From positions 3,410,001 through 3,474,000 of the forward strand of contig OZ024743.1 of the NCBI GenBank assembly GCA_964016885.1: a stretch of DNA of 64,000 nt, written 5' to 3'. A program made the position numbers and the translations under genes. The notes beneath the pieces are model-generated. The model was not told where the DNA came from, searched no databases, and saw only the letters and a program-made list of their open reading frames with translations. This stretch comes from Eledone cirrhosa (Eukaryota). Below, piece by piece: positions 42,341 through 55,364 of this stretch. Numbering within the stretch: position 1 is the first letter of the stretch; the number at the start of each line of letters is the position of its first letter.

Positions 42341-42601
42341 GTTTGTATATGTATAATAAAGCCAAAACAATGCAGGTATGGACATAGAATAAAAAATGCA
42401 AATGCAAAAGATATTGTTGACAATTAGTCTTTTACCTTAGATTTATTTAGATGTCCTTAATTTCCTTCCGAAGAAGAGATATTATCTCGAAAATTGTTTT
42501 GGCTTTATTATACATATACAAACGTTGTTTTGGCTTTATTATACATATACAAACGTTTATACCACATTACACAATGCTTCAAGTGAACTATAACTTCCTC
42601 C
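42338..42601 (+). mobile_element. Fold-back pLTR fragment with HHR-like motif at 42468-42502
   Basis: 42339-42371 is inverted relative to 42493-42525, which is also tandemly duplicated; CCGAAGA a-gagat-att-atctc GAAA attg TT. Confidence 0.7.
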
Positions 42602-42612
42602 ATATATATATC

Positions 42613-42714
42613 TAGGATGTCTCTCCCCCCAAAATGTATACACTCTTCAACAGCATTCTAATAAATGCCTGTACAGGTAATCAAAGTATGTATACATTAT
42701 TTTTGGGGGACATC

Positions 42715-42719
<5 letters not shown>
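42613..42719. mobile_element. Tiny Tc1/mariner-type MITE
   Basis: aggatgtc..ccccaaaatgtataca / tgtatacatt..tttgggggacatcctg, TA flanks. Confidence 0.65.
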
Positions 42720-42799
<80 letters not shown>

Positions 42800-42854
42800 C
42801 GGAACAAGTAAACATTAAACAATATTTTAAATAAATTATATATATATATATATT

Positions 42855-43075
42855 TTTATTAAAATAACAGATTAAAGTTTAAGCAAAGAATCGGTGCTTT
42901 CACCCTTAACGGGATCTTCAGAAGATCCCGTTAAGGGTGAAAGCACCGATTCTTTGCTTAAACTTTAATCTGTTATTTTAATAAATATTTGCTCTACGGT
43001 TCTTATATATTTGATATATATTTATCCTTATCGAGCCCTCTTTGGATTTTAGTCTTCAAATTTATTATTATTACT
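42855..43075 (+). mobile_element. Fold-back element, family P2
   Basis: Perfect palindrome 42855-42985 with apex at 42920. Confidence 0.85.
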
Positions 43076-43076
43076 A

Positions 43077-43107
<31 letters not shown>

Positions 43108-43234
43108 GTATATATATATATATATGTGTGTGTGCGTACGCGCTAAAAATTGATTGAAGCTGGTCTTTAAGAATATCTGCATTTTTGGCTTCATTACCTA
43201 TAAGATTTTTTTTTTTTTTTAATTTTTAGCCGTT

Positions 43235-43410
43235 CAGTTGTCGACTTTATTTCACGTTACTCCTTTATACTCAGTTGAAAATGAGTACCAGTAGTGGCTG
43301 AGGATTTCACTCTGTGATGGACTGGTGTCCTGTACAGCGGGGAGTCGTGTACTCTTAGTCATTTATAGCCAAGGAAACAGGGATAAGCACCTGTCTAATG
43401 TGCCTCAGAC
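43235..43410 (+). mobile_element. Old SINE fragment (CORE-like followed by V-like segment)
   Basis: aaatgagtaccag..tgtgatggactggtgtcctgtacagcgggg..gaaacagggataagc. Confidence 0.5.
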
Positions 43411-44079
43411 TTTAAACATTTCTGTTTTTAGAATTATCGATTTTGCTTTGATAGTTTGATTGGAACATTTAAAAAAGTTGAGTTTGTTTTAATTTTCCTG
43501 ATTGTTCTCGATTTATCATCTCATAAAATTTTCAAATATCTTGCTCCCATCACCACCACCAACGTTTCTAGAATTTCCTTATTTCTTTCAATATTGCTTC
43601 TTTAAAATTTCTTTCTTTATTATTAGAGAACTTTCCTCGAGGTTTTTGTTTCTTTTTGATAGCTGGTTTTAAACAATTTCGTAATTCTTTCAGAATTATC
43701 TTTCGTTCAGATTATGAGGATTCTGCTTTTTAGAATTTAAAGCATTTTTTTCAGCATCTTTTCATTCAAATCCTTCATAACATTTAATTTTGAATATCTC
43801 TTCCTTAATTTCTCCTAATTTGTTTTCCTTGATCTGAAATTTAGAGCAGCGGATTTTTCGGCATTTTTCCTCAGTGTTTATTCTATTTTCACCAATCTTG
43901 TTGAAGATTTGTCAATAATGTTGTAGTCAGAAATATTTTTACCTGATGTATAACTTCATTCTCACTATATATGCTTCATACGGTGCTCCATTTTCTAGTG
44001 GATTCGGTAATATACGAGTAGACAGAATTTTCTTCTCCCAGTTCAAAAGTACTTTAGCTTTGCCTTTGTGTTTTCTTGT

Positions 44080-44805
44080 CAAAAAACATTCTTTTACAAA
44101 TTCACCGTAGGAATAATTTTTTGAATGTTTTGCCACTTTTTCACTAACAACATAGCTAACATTTCTTTTAGTCCGATTTGCTTTTTGGAAAAGAGCGTAT
44201 TTAGACTGCCGATCTGTTTCTTGAGGGATTCAATTTTTTGCTGTCTAATGTCTCCTTTAAATTTATCGTATCCCGAATGTTTTGAAGTGTAATGCTGCTT
44301 AATATTAAATTCTTTAAAAGCGGAGACAGATTCAAAACATATTAAACAGATTGTTTTATTTTTTATTTCAACAAATAAATAATTATTTGTCCACTTGTTC
44401 TCATTTCTTCAGAAATCTTTCTTTTTTTGGATGAAGCCAATTAGCTTTGACAAAAAATTAAAATTTAAAAAATGCAGCACTTTGCATTTTTAATCTTTGA
44501 AAATTCCGTTAATCCTGCTTGACAACGTTACACAAATACCACGTGTGTTTACAGGCGCTGAATTATCACAAGTCTTTATAAGCAGTGGAATCAGAAATTG
44601 AACATTAAATCAATAGTTTTCTTTCGCTGAGTTAGTGTCCCGAGTAGAGATGCGAATTGTAACACCCTTGAATATTTGGGTTGTTGTAGATCGACTCTGA
44701 AGCACATTGAAAATTACATGGTTGTCTGACGATGGCGAATATTTTTCTTTTCTGACTTAGGCGAGCCTTTCAGAAAGCTTCGCGAGCCGCAGGTTGCCCT
44801 TGACT
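44080..44805 (-). mobile_element. hAT (SPIN/Charlie-like) 5' end and transposase N-terminus
   Basis: KWTNNYLFVE..TICLICFESVSAFKEFNIKQHYTSKH..YSYGEFVKECF; terminal ggcaacctgcggctcgcg. Confidence 0.8.
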
Positions 44806-45724
44806 ACTTTAGGTAGTATCACGTTGCAGATGACGAGAAGGTGATCAGTTTATAGCTTATACCCTCTCTTAGCACGAACATCCAGAACAGAATCGAAGGG
44901 ATCAGAGACAAGAACAAAATCATCTAAACTTGTGGCGAGTAGGCTCCTCAAAATCGTAGGTCCATGCAAGCTTTCCGCTGCCCCTCTTCCTCGTTACTGA
45001 CTTACGCAAATGTAATTTTAATAAAATCAATTTCCCTATCCTGTTCTTTTCCTCTTCACTAGTAGTAAACGTAGTCCTGCTAAACTTAGAAGAAAAAAAG
45101 GGGCCTCGTGGTCAATGTTAGTTAATGTATGCTGGAGTACACTCTCTGAAAGAAAATACAGGATGGTCATGGCTAGAATGTTTTTCATCATAACTCAGCT
45201 GGATTTGGAACGATAACTCGGCTGGATTTGGCTAAATAGTAAAATAAAAAAGAAAAACAAATTCGATCACCAAAATCTATATGCGATCACACAAACACTC
45301 ATACACTCCTACGCACTTAGTCATTCACTTTTTCACACACATCCTTACTCGCGCATGTACACACGCATGTACGCACACAGTTTCTCTCTCCTTGGTTTTC
45401 TTCTGTTGTCGTGTGACTACTTGGCTATATGCGTGTTACTGTGCCTGCGAGCATGTAGTGTATATGCGAGACTGTCTACAGGTATGTGTGTGTGTGTGAG
45501 AGAGATTTTGTACGTATGTGTGTGTGTATGTTTATCTGTACGTTTAAATGATGCTGTGCATTCAAGCATATAGCATGTGTATGTATCTGACCTTCTGTGC
45601 ATTATTTTCCTTTGTATATATCACTATTTTTCTGTTTCTCACTTCCTCAATCTTTTTTCTTTTCTCCCTCTTTCTCTACACCTGACAATACTTGTGTGCT
45701 TGTGTATCCGTTTGTTTGTTTGTT

Positions 45725-45823
<99 letters not shown>

Positions 45824-46167
45824 GTGAGTGTGTTATACTAGTGGCTGTACCTATATATGTGTCTATGTTTTCGAGGTGTAGCACTACGTCATACTTAAGC
45901 CATCCAAACTATACTTAAAGGCATTCCAGCCAGGCCCATCCAATTCTTTTCTTTCTCAGACCTTATCCAATATGTGTTCAATGTTAAGACCGTAGAGTGT
46001 GATTTGAGGGTTATATGGCTGCTATTTCAAGCAACGACATCGCGGCTTCTTTGCTGGCTGTCATTGCCTTTTTGCGTATATGCATAAGTTTGTATAATAG
46101 TGAGTGTTGCTTTTCGCCTCTCCCAATTGCGAAACACACACACACGCACACACACGCACACGCACAC

Positions 46168-46263
<96 letters not shown>

Positions 46264-47055
46264 ACACACACGAGTGCTTATACTCACTCAGATAATGTTT
46301 AGTCATAGTCGCAAAGAAGTCTTTTCGATAGTTGTTGATGTTTAGCCCCAGGTGAAACTTAACTCAACAGACCTATAATCATCAGCCATGGCCACTCCGC
46401 CTTTTTTCTATGTGTGGAGAACCTAGGATGGCATTAACTAATGTGTCCTTTCTAAGCGTATAATGCGTAATCTAAAGAAAATTTGCCGGCTAACTTTTGT
46501 ACGTCAAGCGGTCAGCCGTGCTTTCCTCGTTGGCTCATGTCCGACTAAAAAATAACAGTCAAGTCTCGTTCAAATCATAACCTACTGTCTCAAAAATTGG
46601 CAAGGACACATTCGATAATGTAACCCTTTATATACGCAATAAAGCGACAAATAAGCAAAGAAACGTTAACACGTCTTAATCAATGCCTTGCGGCATTTGT
46701 TCTGACTCTCTGTGCTCAAAGTTCATCTCCCCACTCCTGTCAACAACTTTGCCTGTCACCTTTCTCACGACCAACAGTGACCAGTCTCTCTGTCTCACGA
46801 GGAATCAGGTATGTTTCGCCGTATGAAGGATTATGTGAGACCACTTCCCAGCGTCCTTTGCTCTAGAAATTGATGGAGGTTGAACGAGTTTGAATAGAAG
46901 GATACATACATTGGACAATATAAGGGCCCTGTGATATACAAAAACAGGATAGTCATGGCCGGAAGATACCGTGTATATATGACTACATAGTAATTCGCTA
47001 ACTTGGTCATTTGCAATTCGAACATGTGTTCAATTGTATGTATATATGTATATGC

Positions 47056-47103
<48 letters not shown>

Positions 47104-47116
47104 GTATATATATATG

Positions 47117-47219
<103 letters not shown>

Positions 47220-47220
47220 G

Positions 47221-47512
<292 letters not shown>

Positions 47513-47518
47513 TATGTG

Positions 47519-47571
<53 letters not shown>

Positions 47572-47576
47572 GTATA

Positions 47577-47619
<43 letters not shown>

Positions 47620-47638
47620 ATATATATATATATATGTG

Positions 47639-47673
<35 letters not shown>

Positions 47674-47678
47674 GTGTG

Positions 47679-47751
<73 letters not shown>

Positions 47752-47753
<2 letters not shown>

Positions 47754-48278
47754 TCTGGCGGACAGAATAGAGAAGGCGTTTCCCCGGAGGGCGGCAAGGA
47801 AACGCGCTGGAAAAGCCACTCCAACTCGCGGGGCTCACACCTGTGGCTGGCCAGCTCAGTGCTTATGGTGGTGAGTAGGGAGGTAGCCCTAGGGCCGAGG
47901 ACACCAGAAGTCTCTACTGCCAGGGGTACAACCGCAAACCTGTCGGAGAGCGACCGGTATTTGAAGAGTTTGGCCTCCTCAGCCTGACGTGCAGCAGAAC
48001 CTGGGCCAGTCGCAGACTGCACCAGGTTTCGGCTGCAGAAAGTGTCGGTGCAAGTGGCATCCCAGACGAAGGGTTTGCCACCGCGGAACGGGAAGATGGT
48101 CATTCCATCTGGCCTTTTGCCGTCCCCTCTGTCCATCCCCTCCGGCTCGAGCTGGGAAGGGAAGCCTGCAGCGTCCAAGCCATGCTTTATGACCTCGTTG
48201 AGGGCAGCATGGCGTGGAAGTCGGCCGGCACTGTGGCGACAGGAAAGCGAGTGGAGGCTGAAAGAGTCCACGGTGGAC
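47752..48278 (-). mobile_element. CRE-like non-LTR retrotransposon C-terminus (restriction-like endonuclease), ending in (TA)n
   Basis: [39 protein letters not shown]. Confidence 0.85.
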
Positions 48279-49085
48279 TTAAGCTCTTGTACGAGGATAT
48301 ATGTTTACTTGTCAGTCTGTGTGTGTGTGCGCGCGCGCGCGTGTGTATATGTGTGTGTGTGTGTGTGTGTTTAATTCCATGTAGACAGTTATATATATAT
48401 ATATATCAGGAAATCTACTCGACGGATTAGTAAATCCTTAAATCATAAAGTTCCGTCTTTCATTTCCTGAAGTGAAGTGTAATGGATGTTGTATTAATAG
48501 TTGCTGTTGTAGCTGCTGCTGTTGTTGCTATTATTGGTGTTATTATTGTTGAACATTTACGTAGTCTTCCGTTAGCCTCATTCCTCATTTTGGGAAAGAA
48601 GAGGCAAAAGAACTCTGACGTAACACTTAAGATCTATTTATATCTTGATCCATCGTGTCGTCTTTATCCACACACTGAATTCCTTTATCTTTAAAACCTA
48701 GAGTCCCAATTTCCTTATAATAGTGAGAGCGGGGGAGCGGGAGAGACAGCGGCTGTGATAGTGGGAGTTTGGTCCCTTTGTGTTCGGACCTGGTGTATAT
48801 GTATATGTTTCACGGACACACACACACATTGTTGTAAATACAATTACTTATTGCTAGGAACCTTACCAATACGACGCGCCAAAGTGTATGATCAGGGCGA
48901 GAGAAAGAAAAAAAGTGGAATCAAAAGCAACCATCAATTTGTCAGATTAATCAAGTACGGTTTATTTTCATTTTACTATCTGATTTCTATAATAATAAGA
49001 GTAAAATGTTATAACTAGTAATTTGAGAGATTAAGTTGATAGAATGAATTTCCTATAACCGGTAACACCATGTGCGTCTAATATA

Positions 49086-49420
49086 TGTAGCGGTTGTCTC
49101 CCTTGTTGTGACCCCAATAGATTAACATCTAGACGGGAAGTAGAACCCTTTCTGTAACTTCCGGTCAGAGCGCTATAAAACGAATAGCCTTCGGCTCTCT
49201 CTCTCTCTCATTGGTCCTTCCGGCGCCTGGCTAAGGCCAGGCGTCTTCTGCCAGTCTGCGTTTGCCTGGCAATCATCTGCCAGCCTGCGTTTGCCTGGCA
49301 ATCAAATCGGTAACTACTAACTTTGCTTCATTCTTTCATCTATTTCTTTGACATGTCAACTATACTATCTACCATTGTTAATTAAATATTATCTACACAA
49401 ACAATGTATTCCTTGTTACA
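49086..49420 (+). mobile_element. Candidate solo LTR
   Basis: TGTAGC...GTTACA ends, TATAAAA and ATTAAA signals; no TSD seen. Confidence 0.45.
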
Positions 49421-49595
49421 TTCATACAACCCAGTACTCTCGCTATATATACATTTAAATACCATTAGTTAAGTACCATTAATTTTAGAGGATCCCGCTT
49501 AGCCAATATGGAAAGCCGGTAGTAATCTTAAGCATAAATGAATTTCAGTGTTTATGGAACTCAGTGCTGACAAATTTGTCGGATTACCTTTAGTA

Positions 49596-49626
<31 letters not shown>

Positions 49627-49679
49627 GTACGTACATACGTACGTATGTATGTATGTACGTACGTATATGCATGTACGTA

Positions 49680-49882
<203 letters not shown>

Positions 49883-49906
49883 GTATATATATATATTTAT
49901 ATGTAT

Positions 49907-50012
<106 letters not shown>

Positions 50013-50054
50013 TTATATGTACATATATTTATATATATAAATATATATATATAT

Positions 50055-50096
<42 letters not shown>

Positions 50097-50140
50097 GTAT
50101 ATATATATAAATATATATAAATGTATATATATATATATAT

Positions 50141-50330
50141 AGTAATAATAATAAATTTGAAGACTAAAATCCAAAGAGGGCTCGATAAGGATAAATATAT
50201 ATCAAATATATAAGAACCGTAGAGCAAATATTTATTAAAATAGCAGATTAAAGTTTAAGCAAAGAATCGCTGCTTTCACCCTTAACGGGATCTTCTGAAA
50301 CTAACAAAGTCAATCTCTAAACGCAGAAGT
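50141..50330 (-). mobile_element. Family P2 copy without inversion
   Basis: Reverse complement of the P2 body, extending upstream of CAGAAGA. Confidence 0.8.
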
Positions 50331-50647
50331 GAATATTTCAAAAAACGTTGCAACCGGAGGAAGACAAGAAGACGATACTTTGGTTCGTGGAAACGTTCCC
50401 TGGCAAAGAACGGGAAAAAACGAATATAATACGTCATTATTTGGTGCGGTGAAAAACAATTACACGCAAAGACAGAACCACGTTTATTGTATAAAAGAAG
50501 TCGTAGACTAATATTCTCTAAGGTGGTTCATGGAGACGTTCTCTGGCAATGAACGAAAAAAACGAAGATAATACGTCATAATACGTCATTTTATCATCAG
50601 ATAAAATACTGTTCTTGAATATGTCACTATCTATAAAACAACTTTTG

Positions 50648-50710
50648 TATTTTATCTGATGAAAGCGTACCAAAAAATGTTGGTACCCTTGAAATATATA
50701 TAATAAAATA
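50648..50710 (+). ncRNA. Type I hammerhead
   Basis: tattttat CTGATGA aag-c-gtaccaa-aaaatg-ttggtac-c-ctt GAAA tatata TA ataaaata. Confidence 0.85.
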
Positions 50711-50788
50711 AATATGGTTTTATAAAGATAGTTTCCATTTATTAATATTATTGATATAAATATATATATATGTATAGCCTTACACACG

Positions 50789-50845
50789 CTGATGAACCAT
50801 GGGTTATTTCATTTCTGTCAGCAACTTATTGGCGAAACAGATTTC
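50789..50845 (+). ncRNA. Hammerhead-like motif, stem I not evident
   Basis: CTGATGA a-ccatgggtt...aacttattgg-c GAAA cag. Confidence 0.45.
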
Positions 50846-51116
50846 TTTGGATTTGTACGTGTGTTATATAGTTATAGAGGTATGTATTTACACTTTAATT
50901 TATATTTTTAATTATCGTGTGTCTACTCTGCCTTTCATGGGTTATAGATTCCATACACTGGTGGTTTTTTCCTGTTTTATTGATAGCGCACTATATCTCT
51001 CTCTAGTGTGTTACCTTTTCAACATATTGTATTTTAAAGAGCTCAGGATTCCTTCTCCTTTGAGCACATTATTTACAGGGAATAGCGAGAGTCTATGGCT
51101 CAGTTAATTTATCGTG

Positions 51117-51154
<38 letters not shown>

Positions 51155-51158
<4 letters not shown>

Positions 51159-51314
51159 GAAAACGAAAAATCAGTGATGTATCTGAACTCACAATAAATT
51201 GAGTTCAGATGCATCACTGATTTTTCGTTTTCTATTCTATCATACTCTGCTCTGTAAGAGCATAGCGTGCTCAACCGGCATAACGCCTATGGAAGCATCT
51301 TAGCTACCATCAGA
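51155..51314 (+). mobile_element. Fold-back element without a visible HHR core
   Basis: Palindrome 51155-51236 plus a one-sided tail. Confidence 0.7.
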
Positions 51315-51341
51315 CACATACACCACACACACACACACACA

Positions 51342-51376
<35 letters not shown>

Positions 51377-51471
51377 GCACACACACACAGAGACACATAC
51401 ACCACACACACACACACACAGAGACACACGCACACACAGACACATACACCACACACACAGACACACACACA

Positions 51472-51555
<84 letters not shown>

Positions 51556-51557
<2 letters not shown>

Positions 51558-51902
51558 ATTGGTTATGCACGAGTGCATTAATGTTTTCCAGGACACAGTG
51601 TTATGTACCGTGTAGTGGAATGTCAGCTTACAACAGAGTGGTGCTCAACGAAATGCAGAAAAAAGGTGTATATTCCAGTTTAGCTATATTCCGGGGCGTG
51701 TATAAGGAATTAAAAAGAACAGAAAGATGCAGTAAAAGAGATTTATTCGGTTCTTACGTACGTTTCAATAGACATCAATTTGCCTAGATCTCGCTACATC
51801 TAGATGTAGCGAGATCTAGGCAAATTGATGTCTATTGAAACGTACGTAAGAACCGAATAAATCTCTTTTACTGCATCTTTCTGTTCTTTTTAATTCTTTA
51901 TA
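51556..51902 (-). mobile_element. Fold-back element retaining the HHR 3' half
   Basis: Palindrome 51701-51902 with no spacer (centre 51801/51802); GAAA cgtacg TA agaac in both arms. Confidence 0.85.
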
Positions 51903-51919
51903 TATATATATATATATAT

Positions 51920-52127
51920 GGAAGTTCAGTAGAATCGAAGCTCTGGCTGCAGCTAAGCTAATGAATGCAATCGGAATGTGCAGCTAAACACTCAATAAGG
52001 TAGATTTACCTTAGAGTAATAACATTACGTTTTGACAGCTTGACAAATTGAAGATTGCGACCTGTGAGCCAGCCGCAGGGACCAAAGCAACGAGAAAACC
52101 GACTCAGGATAATTTGACAAACCTGGA

Positions 52128-52130
<3 letters not shown>
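51920..52130. repeat. TA-flanked dispersed repeat related to 22525-22660
   Basis: Shared gtgcagctaa.cactcaata..tagagt.ataacattacgttt.gacagctt. Confidence 0.7.
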
Positions 52131-52182
<52 letters not shown>

Positions 52183-52235
52183 CATACATACAAAACGGAG
52201 CGCATAGGATAAAGACATACATACATACTTGCATG

Positions 52236-54439
52236 CATCATCATCATCATCATCATCATCACCGTTTTACGTCCGTTCTTCCATGCTAGCATGGGTTAGA
52301 CGGGTTGTCCTGTTGTGGGCAGTGTCTGGTCGGCTGACCATGCCTTGCTCATACAGGAACTAATTTTGGCTTGATTTCTACAGCTGGATGCCCTTCCTAA
52401 CACCAACCCCATTTACAGTGAGTGCTGGGTGCTTTTTCCGTGGCGCCTACACGTCCACTTTACAGTGTAGGCTGGGTGCTTTGTTGCCGTGGCCCCTCCA
52501 GGACCACCTTGCAGTGGGAGGGTGTGGGGGCATATTGTCTATATGCTTCAGCTTGTACCCATGGGAGGTCGGGTACTCTGTATTACTGCGTGACGCCAGA
52601 GGTCACGGTCGTGTGTCATCGCCTTTGAGAGGTGTAATTGGGTAAGGTCGGCTTTTATCACCTCATCCCAGATCTTCTTGGGTCTCCCCACTCCGCGGTT
52701 TCCATTGACTTCTAGTCCTCTGCACCTTTTTATGCAGCTGTCATCCTTCATACGCATCACATGTCCATACCAACGCAACCGCCTCTCCTGCACACAACAT
52801 TTGATTCCTCTTATGCTCAGTCTCTCTCTCAATTCATTTATGCTTTGTCGTTCGCGTATATTACTATTACACATCCATCGGAGCATGCAGGCTTCGTTTC
52901 TCTCTAATCTACGTAAGTCTTCCCCCTTCAGCGCCCAGGTGTCACTACCATGTAACATTGCTGTTCGGATACACGCATCATACAGTCTGCCTTTCATTTT
53001 GAGGGAGAAGCCTTTTGAAGCTAGCAGTGGTAGTAGTTCCCTGAACTTCTTCCATTCCGTTCTTACCCTAGTTATTGTACTTTCTGAACACCCACCTCCG
53101 CTGCTAATTCGGTCACCTAGGTAGCAGAAGCTATCTACTGTTTCTACAGAACCCTCCCAGAGATTGGTGGTACTTGTTTCCTGTGGCTGTTTGCTGCTTG
53201 CTGTCCCAGCACAGCTGCTGCATGTGAAGCCTACATTCTTAATTAAGCTTCCTGAGATCCCGCTACATCTCTTGTGTACCCATTTTTTGCATTTGGGGCA
53301 GAGAATGGAGTTCCTACCTACACCTTTCCTACATACTGAGCAAGGCCATTTCCCTGAGGGGATCTGGGTTCTGTTTTCTCGTCTACTTACAAGGACCTTA
53401 GTCTTTGTCATGTTGACTTTGAGACCCTTTCTTTCTAGTCCTGCTTCCAAGTTTGGTATTTCTTCTCTAGTTCTACTAGTTCTACCATAGATTCAGCTAT
53501 AAGTGTGAGGTCATCAGCATACAGGAGTTCCCATGGGCATCCGGTCTTAAACTCCTCCGTTATTGCCTGCAGGACTATGATGAACAGGAGAGGGCTAAGA
53601 ACAGAGCCCTGGTGGACACCAACCTGTACGCTAAATTCCTCGCTATACTCATTGCTAATCCTAACTGTGCTGACTGCTCCCCTATACATGGATTGTACAG
53701 CTTTCACAAGCCATTCATCTACTCCTAGTTTTCTAAGAGCCCACCAGATTACAGCACGTGGAACTCTGTCAAAGGCTTTCTCAAGGTCGACAAATGCCAA
53801 GTAGAGTGGCTTACTTTTAGCTAGGTACTTTTCCTGTAAGTACCTCACAAGGAAGAGGGCATCAGTGGTGCCTCTTCCTGGTACAAACCCAAATTGCATC
53901 TCATCTAGTTTCACCCGGTCCCTAATCAACTGTGCTATAACTCTTTCTGTTACTTTCATGACCTGGTCAATCAGCTTTACACCTCTATAGTTTCCTCTAT
54001 CTAGTGCATCACCTTTACCTTTGTAGCAGTTGACAATGATGCTACTGCACCAATCTTTTGGTATGACACCTTCTAGTATTACCTGGTTAACAATACGTGT
54101 GGTTATAGTGTGACCTACAGACCCAGATGCCTTCAGCATCTCGGCAGCTATACCCGATGGACCGGTTGCCTTCCCCATCTTCATATCTTTGATTGCCTTA
54201 CTTACTACGCTGCTGCTGACATGTATTGCTGGCCCCTCTATAGGGTCTACTTGGGGTAGGGTCTCTTCTCCCATGCATTCTCCTCATTTAGTAATCTATC
54301 ATAATGACTCTTCCATGCATCTTTCTTCTCAACACTTGTGAGGGCAAGCTCACCTTTATCATTCCGGATACACTTCTCTCCAATGACATCACAATTCTCT
54401 CTGACACACTGCCTCGCAATCTTGAACACCTCCTGTTTC
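52236..54439 (-). mobile_element. RTE-clade LINE, 5'-truncated, with frameshifts
   Basis: KATGPSGI, KGKGD..NYRG, FVDLEKAFDRVP, GVHQGS, YADD, RRLRWYGHVMR, 3'UTR and (GAT)n tail. Confidence 0.95.
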
Positions 54440-54658
54440 TGTATATCAAATTCTATAAAGATATTGGTCAACCCGATAATATAGACGCTACTGTATGTAT
54501 AACATATAGCCACGTAAGTCTAACAAAAATCTATTGTTGTGTTCTGTGTTCTGACTTATCAAAAGTATTCCAGAGGGGAGCATCTCGTTTGTTTACTCAC
54601 AGATACACACAGCACACTCACACACACATGTGTGTGTGTGTTTGTGTATATTTGTATT

Positions 54659-54712
<54 letters not shown>

Positions 54713-54780
54713 CACTCTATATCTCACGTGATTAGTGATTTCCTCGGTCCAGCACCGCAGACTCTATTTACATATAATCT

Positions 54781-54905
54781 CTCTATATAACATTCTTTGA
54801 CTCTCTGTCTGTTTGTCTTTTCCTTATGCATTCTCAAACGGCTTGACCAAATCAAATCAAATTTTACAAGGTAATAATATTAGACCCCGGGATTAACAAC
54901 ATGAA
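54781..54905 (+). mobile_element. Helitron-like 5' fragment
   Basis: tctatata..ctgtctgtttgtc..aaacggcttgaccaaatc..aaatttt. Confidence 0.35.
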
Positions 54906-55093
54906 ATTCTTATCTTCATTTGGATTAAAACAATATATCATTTTATCCAAAATAAACAACGACAACGTCACATTTTGTATTTTAGTGTGTCTGTGAGTGT
55001 GTGTGTGTTTCCGTGTTCATTACATACGCTAGGCCTTAGTAAGTTACATACACACATTTTCACGTCAATATTTAATCAGATACACAGAGAATT

Positions 55094-55192
<99 letters not shown>

Positions 55193-55364
55193 CACGCACA
55201 CACCCATACTCTACACATACATATACATATGTGATGACTGACAAGTATATGTGTGTGAATGTATGTGAGATTGAATTTAAGAGGCTTCAGTTTCCAGTCA
55301 AACTAAGTGTTTGTTGTTGTTTCATTTGTTTACACCAGCCATCTCGTCTCACTTCTCTCGGATC

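Noticed and set aside
43410-44080. Possible coding remnant on the minus strand
   Set aside because: Too degraded; no assignable motif.
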